A stretch of 64,000 nt of DNA from Lama glama. Lineage: Eukaryota. A program made the translations under genes and the position numbers. The notes below the pieces were generated by a model that searched no databases, was not told the origin of the DNA, and saw only the letters and a list, made by a program, of their open reading frames with translations. The stretch is taken from positions 41,170,001-41,234,000 of the forward strand of contig CM052818.1 of the NCBI GenBank assembly GCA_028534125.1, given 5' to 3'. Positions 49,931 through 63,106 of the stretch are shown piece after piece. The first letter of the stretch is position 1. The number at the start of each line of letters is the position of its first letter.

Positions 49931-50920
49931 AAGGATCCTTTTTACAGCATCTTTGAGAGCAGTCATCTGGGCTATGCCTGTTCATTCACACTAAGGAAGT
50001 CTCACTGCCTCCCTTGAGGCTTCTTCCCATTTACTTGAAAATAGAAGCACCTAGATTTGGTGACTCTGAAACTACTGTAGCAAGGAAGAGTCCTGATGTA
50101 TGAGTCTGTCTCCCTCAGTGATCAAGTTGCTATTAGGCTACGTATCTGTTTATGTCATTAATCTTTCCTTTAGGTTTTGGTAAATTTAGTAAGTTTTGAA
50201 GTACAGAAGGAGCTTACAGATTTCCGGAGGGAAGGAAGACATACTCTGGAAGAACTAATGGACATTTGTCCAGAAAATATTACTAAGCACTTTTTATGTG
50301 CCGTGCACTTTGTTGGCTGCCAAGGATATGGTGCCCTTGACATGCTCACAGTCACTGATGTGAAAAGAGCTAAGTGAAACAGAGGGTTGTAGGTTTTATG
50401 AGACACTGCTACCACCATGTTAGCCTGGGTCCAATGTGAGTGGTTCTGAATTTTGATGGAAAGTATTTTTCATGTATTACTGAAAGTTTAAGTGCAAAAA
50501 ATGACTAAATAGATTTTCTACTCATTTAAAGCAATTCCCGTATGATAAGAAAACCTGATAAAACAGTCTGGCCTATAATTTTGAGTCATAATTCTATTAG
50601 TCTGGATCAGAGGCCTATAGAGGAGGAATGTGCAATCTCTAATCTAAAATCAATGTAGAACATAGCTAATCAGTATTTCTAAGTGTCAAAACAGTAAAAT
50701 CTTTGGTTAATTACGTGAAAGAATCATAGCAGTAATATATCACCCTGTTACTTTAACTAGAAAGACTAAAATAACCGTGGCTCTGATTTTCACAGCAGGC
50801 AGGATATAGAGATGTTTTAGACTGTTTAGTTACGTGAATGTACAGATTGAACAGTAAAAATTCAAGTTTGGTATTTGAGTAACATCAGCCTCATTAAATG
50901 AGTTGGGAAGTGTTCCCTCT

Positions 50921-51175
50921 TGTAGTGGATTGAATGGTGGTCCCCCAAAAGATATGTCCATATCCTGATATCTAGAAACTGTGAATGTTATTTTATTTAG
51001 AAAAAGGGCATTTTCAGATGTACTTATGTTAAGGATCTTGAAATGAGATTATCCTGGTTAATCTGGGTAGGCTCCATTCCAATGACAAGTTCTCTTATAC
51101 TAGGAAACAGAGAGAAGACAAAAAGGAAAAGGCAATATGAAGCCAGAGATTACAGTGATATGGTCATAAGCCAAA
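50921..51175 (+). mobile_element. MLT1C-like LTR 5' half
   Basis: tgtagtggattgaatggtggtcccccaaaagatatgtcca...gttaaggatcttgaaatgagattatcctgg. Confidence 0.8.
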
Positions 51176-52099
51176 TAGGCAGTTCTATTTACAAAATACT
51201 GCTGAAGTTTAGCTTTGATTGACTTAAGGTACATCTTCTTGGGTCACATTTATCTTGACATTGATTGACTTGGTTCTGTGTCATAGTCATCTTTTCCTGC
51301 CTTTGTCTTTCATCCTGGTCTATGAAAGATGATCACTTCTTAGCGTTAGGGCTAATGTGTTTTAAAAGAAGGGCTAGTAGCAATCTATCTTTGTCTATAA
51401 TTGCTTGAAATTCAGTCTAAAGGTGTAGGCTTTCTAATCCAGTTCCCCCCAAGTTCCGAGACTACATTTCTGTTACTCTTGAGATTGTCATGTGTGTTCT
51501 TTACTCTCTACTGTAACAAACTTTACAACACAGAATCCCAGCACTGATGTCTCTCCTTTCACGTCCCTCCCAAATGTTTTACAGATATTCTGTGACAGGT
51601 TAGAAGGAAAAGCATATCCCCCAGGTTGATGAGTTTTTTTCCTAATTGTTTTCCTGTTTCTCACTACATATGCTCCATTATTCATTTATTCACTTACTCA
51701 TTTAAAAACCATTCATTAAACTCTATGATATTTTGTATGGTATTATTGTAGCAGCTGGAAATAAAGATATGAATAATGTAGTCCCTGACTTCAGGCCACG
51801 GAGGAGAGGGTATAAATACTTAATTACTGAACATGGTGAAAAATACTATTAAGCTTGTAAATCTAGACATCTATTGTAGCATTGAAAGGAGACACACTGT
51901 GCTCACACTCGGTCTTAGTCTTGCCAGCTGAGTGATGGCTTTGCTGTCTGTGCTTTGTACCAACCAACTGAATGCTCTCTGACCATTTTAGTCAAGTCCA
52001 GTGACATAGGTATGCATTTCATGTAAGTTTGAACAGAATGATAATAATAACGATAATGAAACGATAATGTCTACTCAACAAGTATGTGTAATGAATGAG

Positions 52100-52235
52100 T
52101 GAATTTTACAGATGAAAAATCTAAGGCTTAGAGAGTTAAATAGCTTGCATAAATTCATGCCTAGTAAGTGCCAAAGCTGAAATGCAAAACTGAGGTTGTC
52201 TATTTTCAGAGTATGAGCTCCCAATTACTCTATGT
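52100..52235 (-). mobile_element. MIR SINE
   Basis: attttacagatgaaaaatctaaggcttagagagttaaatagcttgc. Confidence 0.7.
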
Positions 52236-52709
52236 TTTGCATACTTAGTTGAGCCAGTATATAGAGAAAAACATATTCTGGCAGTATTTACAACCCTAAA
52301 TTGCTTTAAAACCTAGAACACTTTAATTACAACCAGGCAGACACATTCAGTTTTCAGGTATTGTATGTGTCATATTATTGTAGAGAAAATTTGTACTTTT
52401 CATTGTGATACCTAATTAATGAAAAATCATAGAGGGAAATGTAAAATATTTTAATAAAAATTCATTTTATTTATTTTGGAGAAAGTTTGAGATATGATGA
52501 TGTAAGAAATAGAAGATAGTTTATTTAAAAAGTATGGGTGGTAGGGAGAAACAGCAGATCTGGGTTTTTGCTCTAAAAAGCTATCTTTCTGATGTGTTTT
52601 TTTGGAGAGAGAGGAATACATAAAGTGATACCTGATGAAGAACCAGTCTTTGTTTTTAGCTCAAAATTAGACCAAAGATTTTTCTTCATGTCCTAGTTGG
52701 CTGAATGGA

Positions 52710-53080
52710 TGCCTAATTGCACTGTCTAGGACTTCCAGTATTATGTTGAACAAAAGTGACAAGAGTGGGCACCCTTGTCTTGTTCCTGATCTTAGAGGTC
52801 AAAGGATACAAACTTTCAGTTATAAGAGGAATAAATTCTGAAAACCTAATGTACGGCATGGAGACTATAGTTAACAATGTTGTATAGTTGAAATTTGCTA
52901 AGAGAAGAAAAGAGGTGAGGATGTGAGGTGATGGATGGGTTAATTAACTTGATTGTGATAATCATTTCACAGTATATATGTGTATCAAATCATGATGTTG
53001 TGCACTCTAAATATGTTATAATTGTAGTTGTCAATCATTCCTTAATAAAGCTGGAAAAATAAAAATTCAAAAAATTTAAA
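52710..53080 (+). mobile_element. L1MA-like 3' end (+, 52797-53080) preceded by an inverted L1 ORF2 piece (-, 52710-52798)
   Basis: ctaggacttccagtattatgttgaacaaaagtgacaagagtgggcacccttgtcttgttcctgatcttagagg abuts tcaaaggatacaaactttcagttataaga...aataaagctggaaaaataaaaa. Confidence 0.75.
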
Positions 53081-53196
53081 AACAAAAGGTAGCCAAAAGA
53101 CAGCAAACAAACAAAATGAAGAAACAGAAACTCTGGAAATCAGGGAGACACAGGGAATTGCTATTAGAGGAAAATATGATAATAGCAAAAACAAAG

Positions 53197-53714
53197 TGTG
53201 ATGGTTAGTTTTATGTCAACTTGACTGGATCACAGAATGCTCAGATATCTGCTTAAACGTTTTCAGTGGGTATGCCTGTGAGGATGTTTCTGGGAGACAT
53301 TAGCATTTGAATTGGTAGACTGAGTAGAGTAGATGGCCCTCTCCACCATGAGTGTATTTCATCCAAATTGCTGAGGGCTGAAATAGACCAAAAAGACAGC
53401 AGGAGGTTGAATTTGCCCTCTACCTATTTATTTGAGCTGGAACATTGATTTCCTGTCCTCAGCACTCCTGATGCTCAGGCCTTCAGACTTGAACTGGGAT
53501 CTGTGCCGCCTGCTGTCTAGAGCTCAGGCCTTCCAACCGCACTGTAGGCCTTTCTGGGTCTGCAGCTTGCAGACAGCTGATTGTAGCACTTCTCAGTCTC
53601 CATAACTGCATGAGCCAATACCAATACCTTATGAGAAATTTTTTATGTCTATACCTGTATCTGTATCTTTCTATCCTATTGGTTCTGTTTCTCTGGAACA
53701 CCCTGACTAATACA
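53197..53714 (+). mobile_element. MLT2B-like ERVL solo LTR
   Basis: TGTGATGGTTAGTTTTATGTCAACTTGACTGG...CCCTGACTAATACA with exact 5-bp TSD CAAAG (53192-96; 53715-19). Confidence 0.9.
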
Positions 53715-53788
53715 CAAAGGCTATTTGCAAAGCTTTTCATTGTTCACAACGACTTTTTGTATGTACCATTTAATTTTCACATTGTCCC

Positions 53789-54285
53789 TGCTTTAGTTTT
53801 CTAGTGCTACATAACTAATTAGACAAATTATTTTGTAATAACTTAGTGGCTTAAAACAACGCTCATCATTTCTCTCATAGTTCTGTAGGTCACAAGTCCA
53901 ACACAGAGTGGTTGGATTTTCTGTTCGGCATCTTACCATGATAAAATCAAGGTATTTCCTAGGGCTGCAGATCTCATCTGGGGCTCAGGATCCTCTTCCA
54001 CACTCACTGGTTGTCATGCTTTCCACCTGCCCCCTCTATAAGCCAGCGATGGCCAGTTGAATCCTCCTCATGAATCAAATCTCTGTGTCTTCTTCTTCTG
54101 CTTTTGAGGGCTCACATCATTACACCTGGCTCACCTGAATGATTCAGGGTAATTTTCCTATTTTAAGGTCAACTAATTAGTAACTTTAATTACGGCTACA
54201 AAGTCGCATTTGTCAGGTAATGCAGCATAACCATGGGAGTGACATCAAGGCACAGAGATCATGGGGACCAAAATTCTGTGGACAA
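53789..54285 (-). mobile_element. MLT1E-like MaLR LTR
   Basis: acttagtggcttaaaacaac...gatctcatctggggctcaggatcctcttcc...ttttaaggtcaactaattagtaactttaattac. Confidence 0.75.
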
Positions 54286-54299
54286 GCCTTGTGTGATAA

Positions 54300-54430
54300 G
54301 AATTTTCCTAATACACATTTTAAAGATAAGAATTCCAAGGCATAGGAAGGTTAAATAACTTACTCCCAGGTCACATGCCTGAGTGAGAGAACCAGCTCTA
54401 AGTACCTAGTACTTTACTCTTCCTTCCAGT
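54300..54430 (-). mobile_element. MIR SINE
   Basis: cattttaaagataagaattccaaggcataggaaggttaaataacttactcccaggtcaca. Confidence 0.65.
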
Positions 54431-56574
54431 GTGCAGTCTCTCTGCATGTGGGAACGAATGAAATAACCTGTTTGCTAAAAGCTTAGGTACTGCACTGATG
54501 TATCTAACCATGCACTTAGCACTCTCAAGTGACTGGGAAAAAAAAGGATTCTTAGTTTACAACAGAGATATGGTGGAGTTTTTAAAGGCAACTTTGGTGC
54601 TTGAAAATGAAGTAGAATGTTTTGGGTAACATGCACTGAGACAGAAAGCAGGTTTTGGTGTGTGTGGGAGGGTCGCTGGAGGTGAGTGACAAGCCTGCAG
54701 GCTCACATTAGTACATCCGTGTGGTTGTCTCTTGGGTAATAACACCAAGCCCTCTTCCCTGGTGTGTAAATCATAGATTGCTCTGTGTTGGGAGCTAGAA
54801 ATGCTAGTTTTCTAGATGAGTAATTTTTTCAAAAGGATTAGAGTCCCTAACATGATGAGAAGAAGGCTTCTTGGGATTTTATCTGGAGGTACGATTTTCT
54901 TCCCAATTTTGACCTCACCCTTCCTCAGAAGTGACTTGCTGGCCTTGCACGTGAGAGTCACGCAATTAAACTGAATTGAGTCATGACAAATTCCAAAGTA
55001 AGACAGCCAATTAAATGACAATAAATACATTTAGTAAGGTCTCATTCTGCCTGACTTTAAATGTGCAACGTGAGTGTAAGTCAGTACATGAGTATCAGTG
55101 CAACTCTCTGAAACAGGAATCAGGATTTTGATGCTGCTAATTGTGGGACCAAATGTGTATAATAAAGTAATTTATGGAAGGAAAAGATAGCTTCAAGTGC
55201 TGGAGCACTCTATTAGGACCAGTTATCTAGTAGAATTTTTATACCTGGACAATTATTTATATTAAATTTTCTCTGTTATATCAAGAGATGCAGTTTTCCA
55301 CTCTTGATTAATTCTTTCTCCCTTTCACTTTCTCTCAGTATATATATACACTGAGTACCTGGTGGCATATCCTTGTCTGTTAAATTACTTTAGAAACATA
55401 GAATGGTTATTTTCAGAGGTGAAATTTCCTTGTTTCGTGTTTGACTAAAGTACAGTAGGCTGATACTGAAATATTAATATTTGGTGATCACTTTCTGTTG
55501 TATATCCAGATTTGTTTCATAAATGAAACAGCAAAAAATTATAGGAAATAAAATGGTTTCCAAATCCTGAGGTTCAGAAAGATTTTGTATATTTAAGAAA
55601 CACTAAGTTGGCATCAAGGTTTCCTAGTGTGAGCCAATAGTTTATTGCTTCATTGTCTAAAAGAGGGATCACATTTCAGCTAAATTACATTAGAATAAGT
55701 TTATAAAGATAATCATAAATCACTATTATGTAACGATTACCTCATGAGCTTGCTTGAAATTTCCAAACTCCTTGATTTGACATTCAAATGAATGACTGGC
55801 TTGACCTTTTCCCACTTTTCGAAGTCCTTTTTCCCACTATTCTTTTCTCTTTTAGTCCAAAACAACATGTGGCTGCCTGCCTCCCCATCTGTCCTCACTT
55901 CAAAGCATACTTTACACTGTGCAAGCTTTGAGTTCCATGAAATCTGAAAACATCCTGCAGAGACTGCAGAACGGTAGGAACATTAATTTCTCTACAGTTT
56001 CCTAGTTGATGAACAAAACTGCTTGTTAAAATGAGGAAAACAATTGGGGAATGGAGAATTCATTTCAATGGTATAAAATATATCAAACTATCATATCACA
56101 AAGTAAATCTCACATGGCTCAGCTTTAAGATATCAGTTTGGTCCTGGCATGGAAATATCTAGACCTCGACCTCCCTGGAGATAAATATGTGGCATAGCTT
56201 AGCCATCCACTCAAAGACAACATAGCACCCACTGTCATCACCTACCCTCTTCTATGACTTTTTGATATCTTTGCTGAAGGCTAGATCTATCTTTGCTCAA
56301 AATAAATTAGTAGTGTTCTAGGGATGTCACTGTTTTATTTATTCATTTATTTATTAGCTGGTTTGTTGTTTCTTTATTTTTACTCAGTAGCCTGGCAATG
56401 AAGTTAGTAATTTGAGGTCTCTCTGGTATGGTGATGGGAATGCATTATTGAGGAAAGCACAGTGTTTCTCCCCAGATTCTTTCATCATCATGATGATGGA
56501 TTGGCTAACAAATATAATTGTGTCCAGGGTTAGGGATTTTGCCCTGAATTAATAGGTAACATCTCCAAAGGGTT

Positions 56575-58675
56575 TTCATTTATTTATTTTAAAATTATAT
56601 ATATATATTTATATTTATATATATAAAAAATATATATATATTTGTTTTTAATTGAAATATAGTCAGTTTACAATGTTGTGTCAGTTTCTGGTATACAGCA
56701 TAATGCTTCAGTCATACATGAAAATACATATATTTGTTTTCATATTCTTTTTCATCATAAGTTACTACAAGATATTGAATATAGTTCCCTGTACTACACA
56801 GTATGAACTTGTTTATCTATTTTATGTATATTGGTTAGTATCTGCAAATCTTGAACTCACAGTTTATCCCTTCCCACCCTCTTTCCACCCCGGTAACCAT
56901 AGTTTGTTTTCTATGTCTGTGAGTCTGTTTTTGTTTTGTGAATAAGCTTGTCTTTTTTTTTTTTTTGATTCCTCATGTAAGTGATATCATATGGTATTTT
57001 TCTTTCTCTTTCTGGCTTACCTCACATAGAACAACAATCTCCAGGTCCATCCATGTTGCTGCAAATGGCATTATTTTATTATTTTTTGTGGCTGAGTAGT
57101 ATTCCATTGTATAAATATACTACAATTTCTTTATCCAGTTGTCTGTTGATGGACATTTAGGCTGTTTCCATGTCTTGGCTATTGTAAATAATGTTGCTAT
57201 GAACATTGGGGTGCATGTATCTTTTCAAATTAATGCTTTTGTTTTCTTCAGATATATACCACAAATGGAATTGCTGGATCACATGGTAGTTCTACTCTTA
57301 GTTTTTTGAGGAACCTCTATAGTGTTTTCCATGGTGGCTGTACCAGTGTACCTTCCCACCAACAGTGTACAAAGGTCTCCTTTTCTCCATATCCTTGGTA
57401 ACATGTGTTATATGTGGTCTTTGATGAGAGCCATTCTGACAGTTGTGAGGTGATATTTCATCATGGTTTTGATATGCATTTCTCTAATGATTAACAGTGT
57501 TGAGCATCTTTTCATGTGTCTGTTTATCTGAATATATTCTTTGGAAAAAATTCTATTCAGGCCTTTTGCCCATTTTTTAATCAAGTTTTTTTTTTTTTAA
57601 TATTGAGTTGTATGAGCTGTTTGTATATTTTGGATATTAACCCCTTATTTGTCATAACATTTTCAAATATTTTCTTCCATTCAGTCTTTTTGTTTTATCA
57701 ATGATTTCCTTTTGCTGTGCAAAGCTTTTAAGCTTAATTAGGTTCCATTTGTTTATTTTTTCTTTTGTTTTCTTTGCCTTAGGAGACGGATACAAAGCAT
57801 ATTGCTACAATTTATGTCAAAGATTGTTCTGCCTGTGTTTTCTTCTAGGAGTTTTTATGTTTTCTGGTCTTATATTTAGATCTTTAGTCCATTTTGAGTT
57901 TATTTTTTGTATATGGTCTGAGAAAACATACTAATTTCCTTCTTTTACATGTAGCTTTCCAGTTTTCCCAGCACCATTATAGAAAAGACTGTTTTAACTC
58001 CATCATATATCTTGCCTCCTTTGTTGTAAATTAATTGACAATAAGTGCTTGGGTTTATTTCTGAGCTCTCTGATCTGTTGCATTGATCTATGTGTCTATT
58101 TTTGTCCCAGCACCATATAGATTTGATTACTGTAACTTTGTAGTATAGTCTGAAGTCAGGGAGCTTTACACCTTCAGGTCTGTTCCTTCTCAAGATTGCT
58201 TTGACTATTGGTAGACTTTTGTGTTTCCATACAAATTTTAGAACTATTTGTTCTATTTCTGTGAAAAATGCCATAATATTTTGATATGGATTGCATTGAA
58301 TCTGTAGATCATCTTGGGTAATATGATCATTTTCATATTATTAATTCTTCCAATCCACAGACATGGTTTCTCTTCCTATATGTTTGTATTGTCTTCAATT
58401 TATTTCATCAGTGTCTTATAATTTTCTGAGTGTAGGTCTTTTACCTCCTTAGATTTATTCCTAGGTATTTATTCTTTTTGATACAATGCTAAATGAGATT
58501 TTTTTGAAAAAAGTCTCCTTCTGATTATTGTTAATGTATAGGAATGTAATAGATTTCTGTACATTAATTTTGAATCCTGAAAATCTACTGAATTTGTTGA
58601 TGAGCTCTAGTAGTTTTTTGGTGATACCTTTAGGATTTTTCTATGTATAGTATCATATTGTTTATAAACAGTGAT
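56575..58675 (-). mobile_element. ~2.1-kb 5'-truncated L1 (3' UTR plus decayed ORF2 C-terminal part) with AT-rich tail
   Basis: ORF 57945-58274 '[28 protein letters not shown]...[30 protein letters not shown]' is L1 ORF2. The 3' end is the same family as 5735 and 45548. Confidence 0.92.
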
Positions 58676-61600
58676 GCCACACGCTTTTATAAGTGACTCC
58701 TTTTCTCTTTATGGTTAGAGGAAAATCAGACCTCTCTCCAATTTCCTTGCCAATCAATTTTTCTCCTTTGTACTCTTTAGAATCAGAGAAGTGTTTACAT
58801 TTTCATAAAAGCACTATGTTGTCTCTTCCACACCTTTGCTTGTTCAGCAACAGCTAAGACTTAGATTGCCCTAGTCTGTCTTCCTGCCTGACCAACTTAT
58901 AGTCAGTATCAATGTAAACTGAGATCTAATTTTCCCTAAAATGTGTCCTGATTACATAGATAATGATAGGTATACTTCTCCTGCTCCTGTACTCAGTGCT
59001 ATCATAACATTTATTTGTAATATTGAAATTATTGCTTTTGCTCCCCCCCCCCCCAATTAGACTGAAGTTCCTAGAACATAAGGGGCATTGCTTATCTTGA
59101 AACTGGAGTGACTAACACAATTATGGAATCAGATCAGAGACTCTTTAAAGTTTTGATCTGAACTAAACTGCATATAAGCTCTTTCCTTTCTTGCCCAGAG
59201 CAAAAAAAAAAAAAATCTTCCTTCCCCCCCCCCCAAATACTGGGAGCTACTCCCAGACTTTCACTAGTCTCCTCTCAAGCATCAGTTCAACTTTACCCAG
59301 GGAAAAAATATGCTTTTTGAACACAGGAGTGGAAAGAAACCTCAGGGGTCAAGTTCAATGTCTTACACTATTTGGATTTTAAAGCCATCTTGACACAGGG
59401 TATATGATCCTGGATTTGTGTGAGAGTTACTGGGTTCAAGATCTGAAATCACCAGAATTTATCAAGTACAGTGCCTGGCCCACAGGAAGTATTTTTTGTA
59501 GATACTCGTTCTATTGAGGGGAATAGAAATATGATTTGGTAAACCATTTATCTACCCTGAGGTTTTTTTGTTATTGTCATGTAACTCAAATTATATCACA
59601 AGGTCAAAATAAAATTTTCAAATATTAAACTCCTTGACACAAACACTCTGAAGCCAAAAAGCTGGAGTGCTATTCCAGACCAACTCTCCTCTTGGTGCAC
59701 TGGGGTTCAGACCACATTTTTGTCTTTTATTATCCATTCTTAGTAACCATGTAAAACACTCTTCGCAGGTCTCATTCCAGGGTCTTTGGAATGCAGCTTC
59801 TGTCATTCTCAATCCATTTCTCACCTTTTCAAAATCAAGTTAATGACCTCCTTCCAGGGATGGTTATAAATGAATATCTTGACCTCATAAAACATACCTA
59901 ACTACTGGTGCTATAATTTTGGTGCTCAGACAAACATCTCCTTTTGTATAATGCTCATTAGCCTGATTTATTTCTGTCTCTGTGTGTAGTACACAATACA
60001 AGGTACCATTTGGATAAAATGTGAGTGACTATCTGGAAACTAAAAAGTAATTAAGGAAAATATTTGGGGTTCTGTAATTAAGATATCATAGGTTAGAGGA
60101 GGGAGAAGGGGAATTAGTTTGGATGGGTAGTATGGGGTCAGTAGCACTTGAGCAAGGTCTTAAAGGATGTGTGGGAGGAGGAAAGACTTGACTAGAACTC
60201 CAGGGGCTGAAGAGTTGAGAGTATCTTCAGTGAATGTCAGGTAGACTGATAGGGATGAATTTGTGAAAAGGAAGTCAGGGAAAGGATACTGTGGTAAGAG
60301 ATGAAGCTAGAAGTCCTTTTGGGGTCACCCAAAATGTGGAGAGTTTTGAATTTCTGTATTAGGAATAAGAGCCAGTTCAATTGCTCTAAATAAGGCTGAG
60401 TTATGTACCAGGAACAGCAGTGACGCTTTAGCAATGGTTGGCAGTTGTCAGAAAGTCTTTATGTGATTTTTCCCTTTCTGAGGTTCTTGCAGGTTTAGAC
60501 CTCAATGATATCCTTGGATAAATTTCAAAGAAGCAGTGACTCTGTGCCTGACATCTGGAAGCCACAGAGGGTCTGAGGTGATAAGAGTGAGGTGAACCAA
60601 ACCCCAAAGCCATGGAAAATCGATGGCTGTAAGTACCTGCAGCCCCGAGCTGCAGATTGTTCTAGTAGCTGCTGCATTGATTTCAGCTCCAGCTTAAATG
60701 CTGCAGCAGGCAAAACGAGTGCTCACTCTTGAGTGTTTAAGGCTCTATAGATTTTCCTGGAGCATTGCTCATTTGGGAATTCCATTAGGTCATGACCTGT
60801 TTGAAATGTCTGTTTCATGCTTATGTTATATCTTCCAGGAGACAATGTGGTTTTCAAGGACAGAGGCCTCAGCTTAGATATTCTAGTATGTTCCAGAGGG
60901 TTAAGCACATCATCAGTTGAACAATCCTTGATAAACCGAGTTAAATGTCAACTTAAGTTGTGATTATTATTAAAGCATTATTGCTGTGGTGTCAAAAGAT
61001 ATTTTAACTGGAAAAAATTAATCCCCCTTTTGTAACATAATTATTGCTTCACTTTTCCAAGTTCTTTTCTAGTTTTTGGGCATTTTCATATCCATCTTGA
61101 TATAGTTGCAATATATTAATTCGTTTGTCTAACAAATATTAATTGAGTACTTATTAAGTATGAAGCACTGATGATCAGATACATATAAGATGCAATTAGT
61201 AGAAATCTATGACGTTGAGGGTTTTATCCTCTTGGTGTTATATCAAAAGATTTTGCATATTTCGTAATTTTCATAATAACTCATCAAGGTAACAAATCTG
61301 GTACCGTCCTTTGCTCACAAGCAGATGTGGTGTTTAGATAGCTAGAAACAAGTGCGCTCACATCATGCTATATAATAAAGCTTGAATTCACAACCACCCT
61401 AATCGGTTCAAAGAAGTCAGGCAGTCTGGTCCATTGTGGGTGGTGATGGTGGCTAACATTCATCTCATAGAAACCACAATGCTTAATTCAGGAGCCATTT
61501 CTTACTGTAAGAAAATATTCAGTATCAAAGATTTACATAAAAGCTAGGTTCAGACTCTAATAATTAGCGCCCACATCTTGGAATTATCAGAATCTGAGAA

Positions 61601-62388
61601 AATAAGTCAAGAGGATTTTAACTAATGTGGAAATGAGAGCAAACTCAACTCTTCATCCTACCTAACCTTTACCCCAAATAATCACTCTTACTGAATAAAG
61701 ATGTTTTTACTTAAGTAGGTGCCATTCCTCCTGTGTTGGAGTCTCTGAGTTACCCCCAAACCAGCTGAGCAGGATGCAACTAGAGAATGCTGTTATATTC
61801 ACTGCTACTAATCCTTGCCCTTGGATACTGGTGACCAAGATGAGCATCTGGGAAGAAACATCCAAAGTTAGTTCAGCTTCCTCTTGTTTGTGAAAGCGCT
61901 GTTATCTTTCCCTTGTTAATACACAGGCATGATTAAGCACCAATGCCCTGGGCAGTCACATTGCCAGCGATGGTCATGTCACTGCCCAAATCAAGATTTA
62001 CTTTCCTCTGGACCCTGACAGGGTTGGTTCTCCTAAGACAAAGGAGCATTAAGGTTTTTTTTCTTTCTCTGTATTCATAAAGTCTGATCGCAGTACAAAG
62101 GATACAGCTGAGAAGAGGAAGCATAGCACTCAGGCAAGGGGATGGGAAAATGCAGCATCACTCAGCCATCTCTACACCTAACACTAAAAATCAGTCAGCC
62201 AGTTTTATGGATGACATATTGGACAAAAGTAACACCTTGGATAGTTAAAATTCAATAGCCTAAGAAGTTTTGTTTAGCTTTATTTTTCATATTGTATACA
62301 AAAGATTAGGCATTTGTTTCAATATTCAAAGTATAAAATTAGGATATTGAATACATTTTTATAAAACACACCTGGGGCTGCCCAGTAT

Positions 62389-62521
62389 GTTTTTTTTTTT
62401 TTTTGGTGGGGGGAAGTAACTAGGTTTATTTATTTCTTTTTAGAGGAGGTACTGGGGATTGAACCCAGGATCTCATGCATACTAAGCATGCACTCTACCA
62501 CTTGAGCTATACCCTCTCCCC
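62389..62521 (-). mobile_element. tRNA-Ala-derived camelid SINE (Vic-1 type)
   Basis: Minus strand gggagagggtatagctcaagtggtagagtgcatgcttagtatgcatgagatcctgggttcaatccccagtacctcc has A and B boxes, then a tail aaataaacctagttacttcccccc and poly-A. TSD ctgcccag(g)tat at 62378-88 and 62522-33. Confidence 0.88.
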
Positions 62522-63048
62522 CTGCCCAGGTATTTTTATATAAGTCCCTAAAAGGCCTATGTCCCTGCATTTAAATCTTTAAGTTAGGCATGCTTATTAG
62601 ATTCTTGTGATTAAGAATTTGAAACTAAATCCACTATATGCACATTTTTGTTTCATTGCAAAGTAAATTGTATACATACATATTTTTTTTTCATTCCAGA
62701 GGGTATATATATATACATACAGTTTTATTTTCACTATTTTATTTGTTATATACTTTCCTAGGTTAAGGAATTCCTACCAGCTATTATTAGAGCTAGATTC
62801 CTAGCTAGCTAGTCTTAGATGTAGGTAGATTAACAGACACTTAAGACATCGGAGCCTAGAGTTTAGGTTCTTATACTAAAAGTTAGTAACTGCAGGTGAA
62901 AAAGTCTCATTACAGAAGGCATTTTAACTACTCTTATTTTTTGCCTATATATTCAGAGTATTAAAAATAATTTGTCTAAGCCCTTTGATTACACATTTTA
63001 TTTCTTCTCATAATATAGCATAAACTCCTGTATTTTTAAAGACATTGA

Positions 63049-63053
<5 letters not shown>

Positions 63054-63101
<48 letters not shown>

Positions 63102-63106
63102 TATAT
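63054..63106. repeat. (TA)n microsatellite, 21 perfect units plus a short extension
   Basis: Directly visible. Confidence 0.95.

Noticed and set aside
50174..50377. Good acceptor (ctttcctttag) followed by an open frame
   Set aside because: The 3' half runs into L2-tail-like sequence and the peptide is not recognisable.
57945..58274. 109-aa ORF with protein-like composition
   Set aside because: Fragment of decayed L1 ORF2, not a host gene.
60637..60700. Possible 64-nt minus-strand exon 'FKLELKSMQQLLEQSAARGC' with short local hairpins
   Set aside because: Poor pyrimidine tract, weak donor (gtactt), no recognised homology.
61929..62019. C/D box snoRNA-like arrangement (ATGATTA ... CTGA) around the hairpin
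   Set aside because: Box C is imperfect, there is no terminal stem and no evident guide.
62440..62521. tRNA-Ala-like sequence
   Set aside because: It is the head of a SINE with tail, poly-A and TSD.
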